A DNA stretch of 56,818 bases, filler included, from Diploschistes diacapsis (lineage: Eukaryota), in NCBI GenBank assembly GCA_023645945.1. It is 6 parts of 6 records of this genome, joined end to end, with 100 filler letters (N's around TTAATTAATTAA, not from the genome) between each part and the next. Parts side by side here need not be neighbours in the genome. Positions count along the whole stretch, not along the records: positions 1 to 9,408 come from JALAIB010001042.1; positions 9,509 to 18,900 come from JALAIB010001043.1; 4 more parts are not named here. One strand, given 5' to 3'. Shown here one piece after another: positions 1 to 12,123 of this stretch (positions are counted from its first letter, which is position 1; each line of letters starts with the position of its first letter). The notes below the pieces were generated by a model that saw only the letters and a list, made by a program, of their open reading frames with translations, had not been told where the DNA came from and ran no database searches. The position numbers were made by a program, and so were the translations under genes.

Positions 1-393
1 CCTCTCACTAGCCCTCCGCCCCAGCACCGACACGTGCACCCAGCCCTTCCGCCCGCTGATGCTCCGCCGCTCTGCCCGCCTTTTCGCGCGCCATGCTTTC
101 CACTGCGGACTCTCGCCCTCCTCCCTTTTCGCCGTATCCGAGTCGGAGCCTAGATTTTGAAGAAAAGGAAGGGGCCCGCTGGCGCCGCCGTCGTTGTCGG
201 ATCCCATGCCTGTGCTGGATGTAGGATGCCCGGACGGTGCATCGCGCGTGTAGGGCTCGCTGCGGCCGCGGCTTCGGGCGGGCGTGAGATGAGTGTTGTT
301 ACCGTTGGCGTGAGAGTCGCTGTGAGCGTTGGCATCGGGATGGACGACGGCGGCAGAGGCAGAAGAAGAGGCGGCATTGTGGCGGTCGGCTAG

Positions 394-504
394 TCACGCC
401 TTATCCCACGGACAAGAGATGCTGTCGTGGCCATCCTGTTCGCAGAGGGCGCACCATTTGTCCGGGTCGCTCTGCGTCGTCGCTGCCTCTTCGCTTTGCT
501 TTGG

Positions 505-546
<42 letters not shown>

Positions 547-2242
547 CGCTGTCGCTGTCGAAGCCCCGCCATCCGCTGGCTCCGGCTCCGACTCTGGTTT
601 GAATGCTTCCACATTAGCCAGGAGAGAGGGAGAGAAGCGCTCTTCTGCCGCGTCCCCCGACAACAGCGGCGATGACGCATTCGTGTGGATCGTCGTGGCT
701 GGTGTCGGTGACGACTGCTCTTCGTTGATGGGCGAGGTTTCGCGGTGGAGTTGCGGGTCGAGCGGGAACTCGGGTTCAACCGGGGCGTTCCTGGGCTCGG
801 GGGAGGCTACGGCGGTGGATATGCGTTGCATAGGGGATATGGGAGCCTCCCGCTCGTATTTTCTCGGAGTGTGATTCTCCTCTCCGCTCTCTCGCGTGCC
901 GTTCAGCACTTTCGACCCTGTCCCCGCCCTCGCGCTGGTGCTCCTCTCGCGTCTGTGGTCTTCCACTTCCCGCACTAGCTCAACGTTCCTCTCCCGTTCC
1001 CTCCGCAGCTCGGCTCTGACGCGTTCCACCTCCCCACGTAGAAACTCCACTTCGCCCCTCGCCTCCGCCTCGCCCCTCCTCGCGTCTTCGAGGCCCTCCT
1101 CAAGCTCCTGCACCACTTCCTCCAGTTGTCTCAGCTGCCTCGCCACGCTCTCCACGTCCTCTCCCTGCGCCATCAACATCCTTCTTTCCTCGAGCAGGTC
1201 TTCCACCTTTTTCTCGTACACCCTCTCCGTCTCCGTGGATGCGAGCTCGAGCGTGTCGAGCGTGCTGCGAAAGTCCGCCCTGTGCGTGTCGAACTCGGCC
1301 GTAAGGGAAGCTATCTTGGCATTCTTCTCGGCGATTATGGTCTGGAGGTGCACGATCTCGGACATGTCGCCCGAGGAGCCGCGGTCGGTGGAGAAACTCG
1401 TGTTCGAGGTTGTGGAAAGAGTGCGGTCGTTGTTAGCGAGCGGCGTGATGGGGGGCTTCCCCTTGACAGGGCCGCGCATGCTGCCCGTCATCTTGGCAGG
1501 TGTCGGGCTGGCGGCGTACCTGGGCCCGGGGAGGCGCGGGTTCTGCGAGAGCATGTTGAGGGACTGGCGGGAGCCGCCATGCGTGGCGGTTGGGGTGGGC
1601 TGTGTGCGCCGTATCGGAGACTCGGGACGAGGGAGCGAGGGGCGGGATTTGGGGCGGAAGGTGGCGGGGCTTTGGGCTCGCTGTGCGTTGCTCAGGACGC
1701 TGACAGACTGGCTGAACTTATTCGGAGGGACGGAGGGCGGAGTGATTTCGCCTTGCTCGCTGATGATGGATCGGTCAAGGGAGGGCGTCGTGGGCGTTAG
1801 AGGAATCGAGCCGGCCGAGTTCGCAGGGGAGGTGATCTTCACGGCGCGAGCGATGGGAAGAAAAATGCCTGCACCGGGTATAGAAGTGGTAAAGTACCGT
1901 ATTCTGTAGTAGATCGGAGACGGTGAGCACATCCGTACACAGCCGAAGCTGATGTATAGCATAACTGCTCATATGCACTCACCCTTCTGCATCCCCGTCA
2001 TTCTTCCCTCGGTGTGCCCATTTCTTGCTGAGCTCGACCCCTACGAAAAAGCCAGGCTTTCCTCTGACTTCACCCACAAACTTGACCGTGCCGTCCATAC
2101 CACCAGGCACTTCGACAGCATCGCCAACCTCTACTCCCTCGTCTGGCGGCGCAGCTGCTGCTTTTCGCGCCATAATCGGAGTAGAATTCTTATGAACCAG
2201 GTTGCGGAAGGAAGGCTTGTGTCTAGGCGTTAGGGTGGCCAT
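394..2242 (-). CDS. CAP-Gly domain microtubule plus-end tracking protein (CLIP-170/Bik1/Tip1-like); 2 exons (2242-1983, 1903-394)
   Basis: Exon 1 carries the CAP-Gly motif GTVKFVGEV...FVGVEL...GKNDG. A GTGAGT..CTCAC..TACAG intron (1982-1904) joins it in frame to the 394..1962 ORF, which has a coiled coil and a C-terminal CCHC knuckle (WCALCEQDGHDSISCPW). Confidence 0.9.
506..558. repeat. (TGTTGC)n hexamer microsatellite inside the CAP-Gly CDS, encoding a Thr-Ala repeat
   Basis: Tandem TGTTGC/TGTCGC units; translates as TATATATA... on the minus strand. Confidence 0.9.
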
Positions 2243-2780
2243 GATTGTTTATTGTGGCACAGGGTTTTGTGTGTTTGTGGTTCTGGTCCCTGTGGTTCCG
2301 GAACAAATTATTTTTGACAAATTGCAACAAGTTTTGTTTATCACTTTTTGTTTGTATTTGGATTGGGGCGCGATGCCAAGCTTGCAACATTCAGGTGTAG
2401 ATCTTATACTGATCTTTCCTCTGATGCTGAAAAGATTGTCCCCCATCAAAGATTGTCCCAATAGGTGATACTAACAACAATGTGCACAGCAAATTTCTCT
2501 TTCACCACTCTAGCCCTACCCAGGGGTTCAAGAATACCTCAAAACAAGTATAGAGTAAACCCGAAAGGTCCCAGGTGAGCTTCAAGCATCTTGGATGCGT
2601 GATGTAAGGTTTCTGAAGCCATCCTTTGACCTCTTATATGGGGTAGATAGTGGTGGAAGATACATTGTAGATAGGATGCCCAAGGCTTACAACCGTGCTT
2701 CTAGCTAGTAGCAGTGCTGCCAATGATACTATTACTATGCCAATTTCCATTATGCTCAGTCCCGCCACTACTTATTGGGA

Positions 2781-4582
2781 TCACTGGTGAAATCTTTGAG
2801 GGTTATCGTGCATTTCCTTTCTGAGCGCTTCGTGACCGTACGTGCAGATTGCATCATATACTCCATCCTCCTTGTTACAGTATCCGAACTGGACTTTGTA
2901 TTTGCAGGTACGCAACACGTGAGCATCAGCGCAATTTGGGTTGCATCGTGATCCTCGAGAGTATGGCTTTTGCAGATTAGCGGTAAATAAGGTGCACAGA
3001 GGTTTGGGCCCTACTATGCAAATCTTTTGCTTAGAGCATCCACCTCTAGTCGGGCACGTCTTGCCCTTGAGCTCGTAGGCACATACCTTCATGAGATCTA
3101 GCTCTGAGATGGTCTTCTTGGCCTTCGGCTCGAAACTGCCAGAGAGATTTTGTTTTGCATCTTTATTACTATAATGGCCTACTGCTAGACTGGGCCTCTG
3201 CATATATCTTTCGCCATGGGTGGCTCCGTCGATGCCTGGGCGTTTATACGGGCGACCCTCTTGTTTGATGTACGGCGCCGAAGTGGGCTGAGCAGAATGT
3301 GTATTCAAACGAGGATCTCGAGTAGGTCTAGCACCGTTCCGGTCCGAAGGTCGGTAAGATTCGTAGCCGTGGGATTTGATGGTAGTCCCCAGTATACGGG
3401 AGTCATCAGAGTGGCGAGCTGGATCCACATCACCGCGCGTAGTTTTAGCTCGTGGAACTTGTGTGGGGGAGAATCTAATCGTTGTAGGCCTGCCGTTGAC
3501 TTAGCTATCACATAAATCTAAGAATGGCCATTTCTTACCTTAAAGGCTCGTTCTGAGAGTGCTGCTCTACGCTGTCAGGCCCAGCTTCTGCAAGAAGTTA
3601 GACTAACATGATCTGGCCTCGAATGACAAATCTCACTCATGACCTCGTCCGATTTCTTTCTCTTCGCATCTTTATCATGGCCATCTGGCACTGGTCTCTT
3701 TCTTGGGCCAGTACTTTGTGGCACGGGTTGCGCAGCTGCACCTGTCGGGACAGTTGCCTGTACTGCAGCTCTCCTCTTTGCTAAGTCGGCCTCTAACGAA
3801 TCTAGAAAACTGTTCTCTTTCTCCGCGAGTGACTCCTGCTTGACACGGCCTGATTTTTCTATGAGCTGCGCCGCTGAAGACTCTAACGGCGTAGATATGC
3901 TGTTTTGACTACTGGTAGCCCCATCTGAATTTTCTACATGGTTGGAGGGATTGCTGGGATCCTTTACCCCCGCAACAGAAGCGTTCTTCTGAACCTGATT
4001 TTCTCCATTGACATTCGACCTCGGAGGGCTCGTAGTGCCGTTGAAAAGTGATACCGCACGGGTCTGCTCACGTTGCCGTAAGCCCTGGGTATATTGTCCG
4101 TGATTCGTGGCTCGGAAATGTTCATATAGTTTGCCCTTTTGTATCCATTCCTCGCGCATGCTGTTGGTAACGATATACGCATTTTCAAAATATCTTTGCA
4201 GCTGTTCACCCTCCGCTACCGCCCAAATGCCATTCGCAGCCATGTTCTCTCGAACGATCATAGTAAGAAGCCGGACATAGTGGCCCAATCCGTGGTCCTT
4301 ATGCCAGTCAGAATTGTCTGGCTGTACCAGATAATAGTCATTTCGACCAGTGTCCCACGCCTCCTTGCATTTGGCAATGATGTTAGTGAAAGGTGGTACT
4401 TTCTGTACGTCTGCTTTACCAGACATGAGCCAATTGAGCTCGAACTCTCTCCAATGAGGTGAAAAGGTACGGCCAGTCACGAATTCTTGTAGCTTGTCCA
4501 TGTCGTAACTCCAGCCTAAGAGAACTGAAGCTGGTATCCAGCGGGACGCATCTCCGAGAAGATGCTGTTGTGTAATCGCCAT
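2781..4582 (-). CDS. Hypothetical protein with C-terminal CCCH-type zinc-finger-like motifs; 4 exons (introns 3636-3588, 3538-3490, 3014-2967)
   Basis: Three 48-49 nt GT-AG introns with CTAAC/CTAAG/CTAAT branch sites join ORFs 3575..4582 and 2781..3428 into one frame. The C-terminus has C-x8-C-x3-C-x3-H and C-x8-C-x10-C-x3-H motifs. Confidence 0.65.
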
Positions 4583-5631
4583 TTCGAAGATTAGGTTAAG
4601 AATGTAGAAAGTGAGGTGCTGGTGAGTTGAGTATCCAGAGATTTAAAGGATCTTGTTCTGCTATTCTTTATGTGACCTTTCCACAACTCCTGAACCAACT
4701 GATTCTGTACCGCGTCAACTCTCCTCCCGTTCGACAACAGGATAACAAGCGTTTGTATATGAATTATGATGCGCTCCGTCGGCTCTTCCAGTATAGTCAC
4801 TTATTTGGTGTTTTTATGCTGCAAAACAGGCTATTAGGAAGCCATTATCTACAAGAAACGATATCAACGACGGATTGCGAGCTTTAGGATCAGGTCTCCC
4901 ATGATTAGACTTTGCTTTACGCCTGTAGGCTATCCGGTTTGCTGAGCGAAGTGGTTAGATGTGAAGAGATGCGTGTCAACAAATTTTCATCCAGCAAAAT
5001 TGCCGAGCAAAACCGAATACAATGCCCTTAAGTCCGACCCAAGATCCAAAGCAGGCGATAATGATAAATCCACCCCACAGTGGTAAAACTACTAAAGACT
5101 CTAAAATAATAGTCTACTTATCTGACTTCTGAAACCGTTTGCAAAGCATCTGGGCCAAAGAGAGACAGACCTCGCCGAGGGATGCATCGGCCGACCTGCT
5201 TCAAACACACAGCTGGGGACCTGGCAGGCAGGTATATATGCCGGCCAATGCGCACGCTTCTAGTATTGTATCTTTATGTTTCAATGCGGCAGGGGCGCAT
5301 GGCCCAGGGTTGAAAGTTCGCTGGCGTCCATTGCGAAACATCTTACACCCAAGTACTTCTGCGGCGGCATGCTAGTATACTGGGTGTTGCCTCCTGTGTA
5401 CTATAGTCATTGCAGCAACGGGCAACCATCTGCATGATTCCTCCCTCCCAATAGTTGGGTCAAAACGTAAGTTTGTAAGTCGACTCTACGAGACGTGGAT
5501 TATCTCTGCGTCGCAAGGAGATTGGAATTTCAGCAGCTAGGTTCTTAAATATACTATTAACTCGTAGTAGGATATCATTGATAAAGACACTGGGGTCTCT
5601 TTTATTAGGTTCAAAACAACAGCGCTACTTT

Positions 5632-7076
5632 TCATCTGGACGAACTTCTCACCGTCCTTGCAAAATTAGCAAGGCTGCTATCACTCGGACTATCCCGTGC
5701 CCTATCATCTCCCCCATCCTCTGATGGACCGTACCTATAGTAAGGCCTTTGCGGGCTTGTTACCCTTGGCCGATGACTTGCTTGTTTCGAAGGTGGTGGT
5801 GGGGTCCATAACGTAGAGGCCTTTGTTTTATACAGCGGCTTACCTCGGATAATAGGAGCGATATCCTCTCGAACCAGCGCTTTGCAGGCGGACCACGAAG
5901 TGGTGATGTAGATGATACTGTTCCAAAAACCCGTCAGTGGCAGCACCAGTGCTGCCACAAAGGAGAGACCAAAAGGTGGCGTCGCCGAGGGCCACACAAG
6001 GGAAAAGACCCGCAATGCCGAAGAAGGAATCCATGTTATGAGGAGTGAGGCGAAGAAGAGCAGGCAGCACTTGGTGTATCTCCAAGCCGCTTTGTTGGCT
6101 TCGAGGGCTGAATGCTGATGCCTTGCTCGTGGAGGAGCTGATTCGATATTGCACCTGTTGCCAGACTCTTTATATCCTCCACTAACTACTACACTATACT
6201 CATTTCCTTGAGCGACGCGGCTCGACCTCACATTGTTTGGTTTGTGAGAGTCTTGGGGACTATGGATTAGAGGATTCCGAAGGTCTGTAAGCTCAGAAAC
6301 GACTTGAATTTCTGTTGTCTTCATCGGCGTTGGCGTCGCCCTAGAATGTACTTGGTAGGAACCATGAACGGTACCAATATCTTGTAGTTGTTTACGCTTC
6401 TTCCGAATCTCGATGCCAGCCAACACGTAGATAGTGAGCGATGCGATGATGCATAGCCTGGACAAACTTAGAAATAGCATTTTCGACACAGACGCAGCGA
6501 CTTACCAAGCGGGGCCGTAACACGTCACGATTCGAAGGAAGTCCCAATCTTCCGATATCCAGCACCAGATGATGGCATCTCCATAGACCTCGCCCCTGGA
6601 ATCGGTCGAAATGAAGCAGTACGCCAGTGCAATAACAAAAGGGATCCCGTAGTTGATGAGATTGTAACATGGCTCTCGTGCGCGTAATTGTGAGATATCG
6701 TAGTGTTTAAAAACAGTCACATATACATTCAACGCCATCGACAGGTTCCAAAGCGCATCTGCCGGCAAAAACCTGGCCTATGTTAGTCGCCACTGCTTTA
6801 GAAGATTGGGACGACCTGCATTTGGATGAGGAACCCCTGTGCCTGGCAGAGCGTTGAATGACTCCCCTGCGCTAAGCCGTTTGTAGCTATCATGGTTGAA
6901 ACTGTGTATATCACATTTCCCAATACGGCATACAGAATCAGCCGATTGACAGGCTTCCGAAACCGAGCACTGAAGGCAAATGTGCTGACGACGGAGGCGC
7001 ATCCTATGAGCGAAAGAACAGATGCCACACGTTCCGTAAGCCCAATGGCTGCCACTTGCTGCTCTGTGTACGACAT
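5632..7076 (-). CDS. cAMP receptor-like (CAR1/Dicty_CAR family) G-protein-coupled receptor; 3 exons
   Basis: Seven hydrophobic segments and family motifs ERVASVLSL, FRKPVNRLILYA, CQAQGFLIQM-FLPADALW, YGDAIIWCWI, TWIPSS, LPLTGFWN. Introns at 6819-6773 (probably GC-AG) and 6505-6458. Confidence 0.88.
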
Positions 7077-7422
7077 CAAGCTGAGTGCAAGTAAAGAGAC
7101 AAATCGCTCGAACCAAAGGAATCGTATGTTAGTAGCATAGGACCTCCCTAGCAACCAAGATGTTGTTCGTGCACCTCACTGGTTTCGGATGGATCAACTG
7201 GCATAGATAGGATAAGCAGGGGTTTGATTAAAGAACCCACATCAATATTGAATATTGAGAGAGGAAAACCGTTGTTGTTATAGGAGAGAAACGAAAAGAG
7301 GGATTGGACAGGGCTTGGCATCATATAGCGAGAGGTGTAGCCCCTCTTGGTCAGAGAGAAATAAATTATCTAGGATGGGATGTGATAGTCGCAGAGGTGA
7401 AGTCAGTTGTGGTTGGTCACTA

Positions 7423-7573
7423 ACGTATTCCACTAGTCAGTGACTAACACAAGTCAGTGACTCACTTGTATCTCTCATACAAAAATACATGTGATGGTAC
7501 TTAATTGTCACGTACCATCACATGTATTTTTGTATGAGAGGTACAAAGTGAGTCACTGACTAGTGGAATACGT
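7423..7573. mobile_element. MITE-like fold-back element (Tc1/mariner-pogo type), TA target-site duplication
   Basis: Near-perfect inverted arms of ~62 bp (ACGTATTCCACTAGTCAGTGACT...CATGTGATGGTAC / GTACCATCACATG...AGTCACTGACTAGTGGAATACGT) around an 11-nt spacer, flanked by TA on both sides. Confidence 0.75.
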
Positions 7574-9408
7574 TAGGGGCAATGAATTAGTAACGACAGC
7601 TGGGTATTTGTTAGAATCCAAAAACCGCCCCTTCCAGCGGTGTGTGGCGCTACGCGGTGATGCTAAAGAATCAAGCTTTGACAGAGAGGGTGGGTAACTA
7701 GATGTCAAAGAAGTCAGAGAAGGTTAAGTGCAGTTTGAATCCTACTCTGGTTATCCGGCTTCAGAACCCGACCAATCACAGATGACTCGCTAAACGGTCG
7801 CACACACTCTCGGATTTTTCAAATTCTGTGGACACCATAGCAACCAGTAGCAATCTTCAGCGTCGGGCATTCTCCATTCTCCATTCTCCATTCTCCTAGC
7901 TTGGGCGAGCAAGGTAAGTACTTCTGCTGTCCTATCCATCCAAACTGGTCTGATATGGCAGATATTGCAATGTCAGACCACCAATGACAGCACAGGTAAG
8001 ATGCTTAAGCGAGCCTACGAATACATTGTGTACTCCACAAAGGGTTTTCGGCTCGATTGGACATGTTTCAAATCGAAGACCCGAGGAACGACGAAGTTGT
8101 ATTGAACTATACTACGAAAAAAAAAGTACCGTGGTGATGGGCGCAAAGTCACACTGGCTGGCACGATTTCCATAGGCCACGACACACATCAATCATCCTT
8201 TCTATGGCCTTATAGTCAAGCCGCAAAGAGATGGTACTCCGAAGGAACAGTGATCCAAGCGACTCCGCTCTGATGAAAGCAAGTCAAACCCTCTGGTGCG
8301 AACATGGCATGGCGATCACGATCGACGATGTGGCTCTGAAGAAGCAAGGGATAGCTAAAAGTCCGGAGAAACAGAGGGACAACAGAGGGACAAGTGATCA
8401 TTGTTTGGAGCATTTGTGGCTGGCGTGAACGATGCTAGCACCACACCTCCCTTGATTATGAACCGCACCTGTGCAACTCATGGTTTCAATTCTCGTATCA
8501 CTCTGGCAAGATTCGCGAACAAGTTCAGGGGACCGGCTTATGCGCTCTTGCACAGGCGCTGGGCTGGTCCTTGTATATCCTTGGTAAGGAGAGTCGTCTT
8601 CTTCTAGTGCAGCATTAATCTACGCTTGACACGATCGACGACAATGCTGCTTTGAGCCTCGGATCGTCATGCCAATACTCCTATGGGTGCATCGTGCTGG
8701 AAGGGAGTTTTTCTATTTAAGAAGGCCGAATGGGCGTTGACTCAGTGCTGTTAGGAAATAATTCGGGGTCAGCCCTCTCGCACCTTTTGGTGAATGAGCC
8801 TGAGCTTGTCCTAGAACTAACTTCCCGGGGATGCAAATGCAACCATAGTTCGGGCTGTGAAACATGTTACTGTGGTTGAGTTCAATACTGTGCACAATCC
8901 AGTAGCCTAGCGGTACTATACTGGCGCTCTGTAATATCACACTACCATACTATAAAATATTGTTTCATTCTAAGTACCACAAAGCTTCTTGAGCGCGAAT
9001 CTGCTGTCGTTGTGCAGCGTGTAATGCTGCCCCATTACGGCGTCCTCGCTCAAGGCAATTGGATTTCGCGCTGCGCGAACCCAAAAAGTTGTGGCGAATC
9101 CTGAAACTATGGAATCTTTAGGTGGATAGAGTCCAGACTGTGTCTGGAGCCATAGGAGTGAGCGATAAGGCTACGGGGTGCCATAGTTGAATCCCTTATT
9201 TCTTATGAATTCGATCAACTTTATACCCAAATATTTTCATTGAAACCCCCCCAGTAGTATCATCCCGTATAACGTGTTTCACCACTTAACGGATCACACC
9301 ACAAAGCGGCTCACTACATTATAATGTAGATGCGCTAGATAGTTTTAAGCGAGCTTTTGAGCCCCACAACCACACATAAAATTATTTGTACGAAAGGTGA
9401 AAATGTTA

Positions 9409-9508
9409 NNNNNNNNNNNNNNNNNNNNNNNNNNNNNNNNNNNNNNNNNNNNTTAATTAATTAANNNNNNNNNNNNNNNNNNNNNNNNNNNNNNNNNNNN
9501 NNNNNNNN
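9409..9508. other. Artificial contig linker / assembly gap (same linker at 18901-19000, 28382-28481, 37863-37962, 47342-47441)
   Basis: N44-TTAATTAATTAA-N44, a six-frame stop spacer, identical at all five sites. Confidence 0.97.
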
Positions 9509-9509
9509 C

Positions 9510-9905
9510 CGTCGGCACGTCCCACGAGCAACCGCCCACCCCGGAGCCAGACAGCCAGCCCAATGGCCGGATCGCCCCCAGCGGCAGGCCAGCGTTTGCC
9601 CAGCTGCGTCATCTCGTGCTGCACGGACTCGACGCACTGGCCCCACGCCCGCTTTCTCCCCGTTCGCGCGCGCGCGCGCAATGCCCGGCATGTCCTGCGC
9701 CACGTCGATGCCCCTTGCGCTGCCCGGCTCTGTAGCGGTGGTGTGCCGCGTGGTTGTGGATGATGTGGCGGCGTGCTGAGCGAGCTGTTTGGCGGCGGGT
9801 CGGCGGCCGCTTGAGGAGGGGTGGAAGGAGGAGTCGTAGGAGGGGGCGCGGGCGTTGTGCATTTTGCTGGGAGGAGAGGGCTTGGGCGGTGTATGCGGGT
9901 GGCAT
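9510..9905 (-). pseudogene. Degraded class I SAM-dependent (UbiE-like) methyltransferase remnant
   Basis: Fragments in different frames resemble this fungal family: MHNARAPSYDSSFHP, PGSARGIDVAQDM, VESVQHEMTQL, VWLRGGRLLV. SAM motif I (LDLxCGTG) is missing and the frame shifts. Confidence 0.45.
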
Positions 9906-10195
9906 GTTGGGCGCTGTTTCATTGAGGGTAGTTAGGGTGGTGGGACGTGATGGCGGACCGCGAGGGGTTGAATTGTTCCGCGTTTTTAGAATGTCGTAAA
10001 GTGATTTTCGTTTGCGAGGTGACTCAAGGATAGAGGGCTTGAGGCTGGATGGAGCGCCCCCGTGTCGCTTACAAATTGTTGACTGCACATCATAAGTTAA
10101 GGTGTAGCGTGTACAAGATGCACGGTTAGACACCAGTTTCGAAGGGCTCTCTAGCAGAAGCTGAAAGTTTTCTCCGAATTAGCGACGCTAGTAAA

Positions 10196-11408
10196 TCAGA
10201 CTTCTAATGTCCTTCCCTCCTTCGAGCTCCGCCTCGCTAACTCAACAAGCCTTATTAACCCAGCTCCGTCTTCTGGCTTGACTGGCACGTCTCCCTCGCC
10301 TGCCATGGCCTTGGCCATTTGAGCGTAGTAGGCAGTCCAGGTTGCAGCTCTTGCCGTTGGATGCGGCTTCCTGGACACAGAATTCCCTTCGATTAAAGAA
10401 AGAACTCCGTGCCTATCCTCCGGTTCCACTCCGAAACCAGCGTCGCTTGGCTTTTTCCCTGCCTTGAGTTGGTCTTCCTGGCTGTCCAGATGGTACTATG
10501 CTGTTAGAGGCCCTCCCAGATATGCGACTTGTAACTCACTTTCTTGAAAGACCCCTTGGATCCCCTGATCCAGTATCTTAGCTGTTCCTTCTCCGGACTA
10601 ACCACTGCCGCTTTTACAGTAGCCAGCATATCATCATAGTGAAGAAGAATTGTGCAAGAGTCTTCGAAGCCCGTCGTATTGTTCTCTCTCTGTGTTCCTA
10701 CAAACCCTGTGATTCTCTTAGGGAAGCCATATAGAGTCACAACTTGGTCCATAAGGTGTGTTCCCAGATCATATACCACCCCAGCACCAGGTCCAGGAGT
10801 AGCTTTCCAGCCACCACTGGCTGATTGAGGCCGGTGTCTGTCGAAATGGGTCTCAAACTCTACCACGCGTCCCAAGGTACCTTCATTGATGAGCTCTGAG
10901 ACCGTGAGGAAGTCCGCATCCCATCTTCGATCTAGGTAGATCAGCAGTTTCATTGCATCTAGCACGGTCTTGTATACTCTGGTAAACCGTCAATATACGA
11001 TGGTGCTTGGTAGAGAGCGAGATGAGTTCTTGTGCTTCCTTGTGGGTCGGCACGAATGGCTTCTCAACTACCACTATGAAGCGCTCAGTTCGGTCTCCTG
11101 CAGTGCGACGAGTATCCTGCCCTACCATGTTTACCATTCTCCAAGCTCAGCTTTGCTATTTCAAAATGCGAAGCTGGAGGGGTGGCGACGACAACCAGAT
11201 CCACGTTCTTATCTTCCACCAGTTCCTCCGTTGACTCGTAAACCTTTGCGTCAAGAAAATCCTTTTTGGCACTATCATCGGCCTTAGGATGCCGCTGCAC
11301 GAATGCATATATCTTCAAGGACGGAACATTCTGTATGAATGGAATGTGGAAGACTTTCGCTGACAACGCATAGCCGACGATACCCACATTGAAGGTTTTA
11401 CTCGCCAT
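10196..11408 (-). CDS. NAD-dependent oxidoreductase, GFO/IDH/MocA family; 4 exons
   Basis: Motifs VGIVGYALSAKVFHIP, VDLVVVATPPASHF, GKHVVVEKP, YQNRRWDADF, GVVYDLGTHLMD. Three GT-AG introns join ORF pieces 11085..11432, 10883..11137, 10504..10965 and 10196..10429. Confidence 0.92.
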
Positions 11409-12123
11409 TGCATGAAGTGTAACTAACGACAACTAATGAGCTGAATCAGAATCCTGTAACGGCCAAGGTCAAGACCGTTCAAACCACCCGTGAGCTATGA
11501 TGCAGTCATTGCGGCTTTTGCACTTTGTCGTCGGCTATTGGAGGGGCACCATTTCCGTGCTCATACTGCAGCATCTCAAGTGGAGCGTCTCGAAGGTACC
11601 TACCAACCCCCCATAGGAATAGCGTTCATCACGATAATTCTGACCAGCTGATTGTCATATTCTCGTGCTGGGGGTTCGTTGCGCGACACTGTTTTTGTTG
11701 TCTATGAATCCATCCTAGTAAGGCTTGAGGTATCCAGAGGGTGTTGAGGACCTTTGCCAGTCCCCAGGCATTTTCCCTGGAAACCTGGATTTGGGTTAGT
11801 GATACTGTCTTCCGTACAAAGCAACCTGGGCAAGATACAAGTCATGCGCAGTCTCTTCAATTCTTGCAATTCAGTTCACCCTTGACAGCTATCGGGGACT
11901 CGAGAAGAAGCTAAACTGGAAATCCAGAGCAAAACTTCCCATGCTTGGCATCATGTGATTTGAGTTTCCCAAGGTGTGATGTCAACAAAATAATATTCAT
12001 CTGCTTTCGACAACTACAGTCTTTGCAGCCTCCACCAAGTTACATTCCCATTATGTTTAGACGATACAAGTATCTGCTTCTTACCGTTTATCAGTATCAA
12101 CTTGAGTATTATACATAGCTTCA

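Noticed and set aside
427..675. Poly-Cys and poly-Gln ORFs (427..675 and 390..779)
   Set aside because: Alternative-frame readings of the TGTTGC microsatellite inside the CAP-Gly gene.
896..1909. 337-aa plus-strand ORF
   Set aside because: Antisense to a GC-rich coiled-coil exon; no independent motifs.
9409..9508. TTAATTAATTAA palindrome recurring five times at roughly 9.5-kb spacing
   Set aside because: Always embedded in N runs and has stops in all six frames; an assembly linker, not biology.
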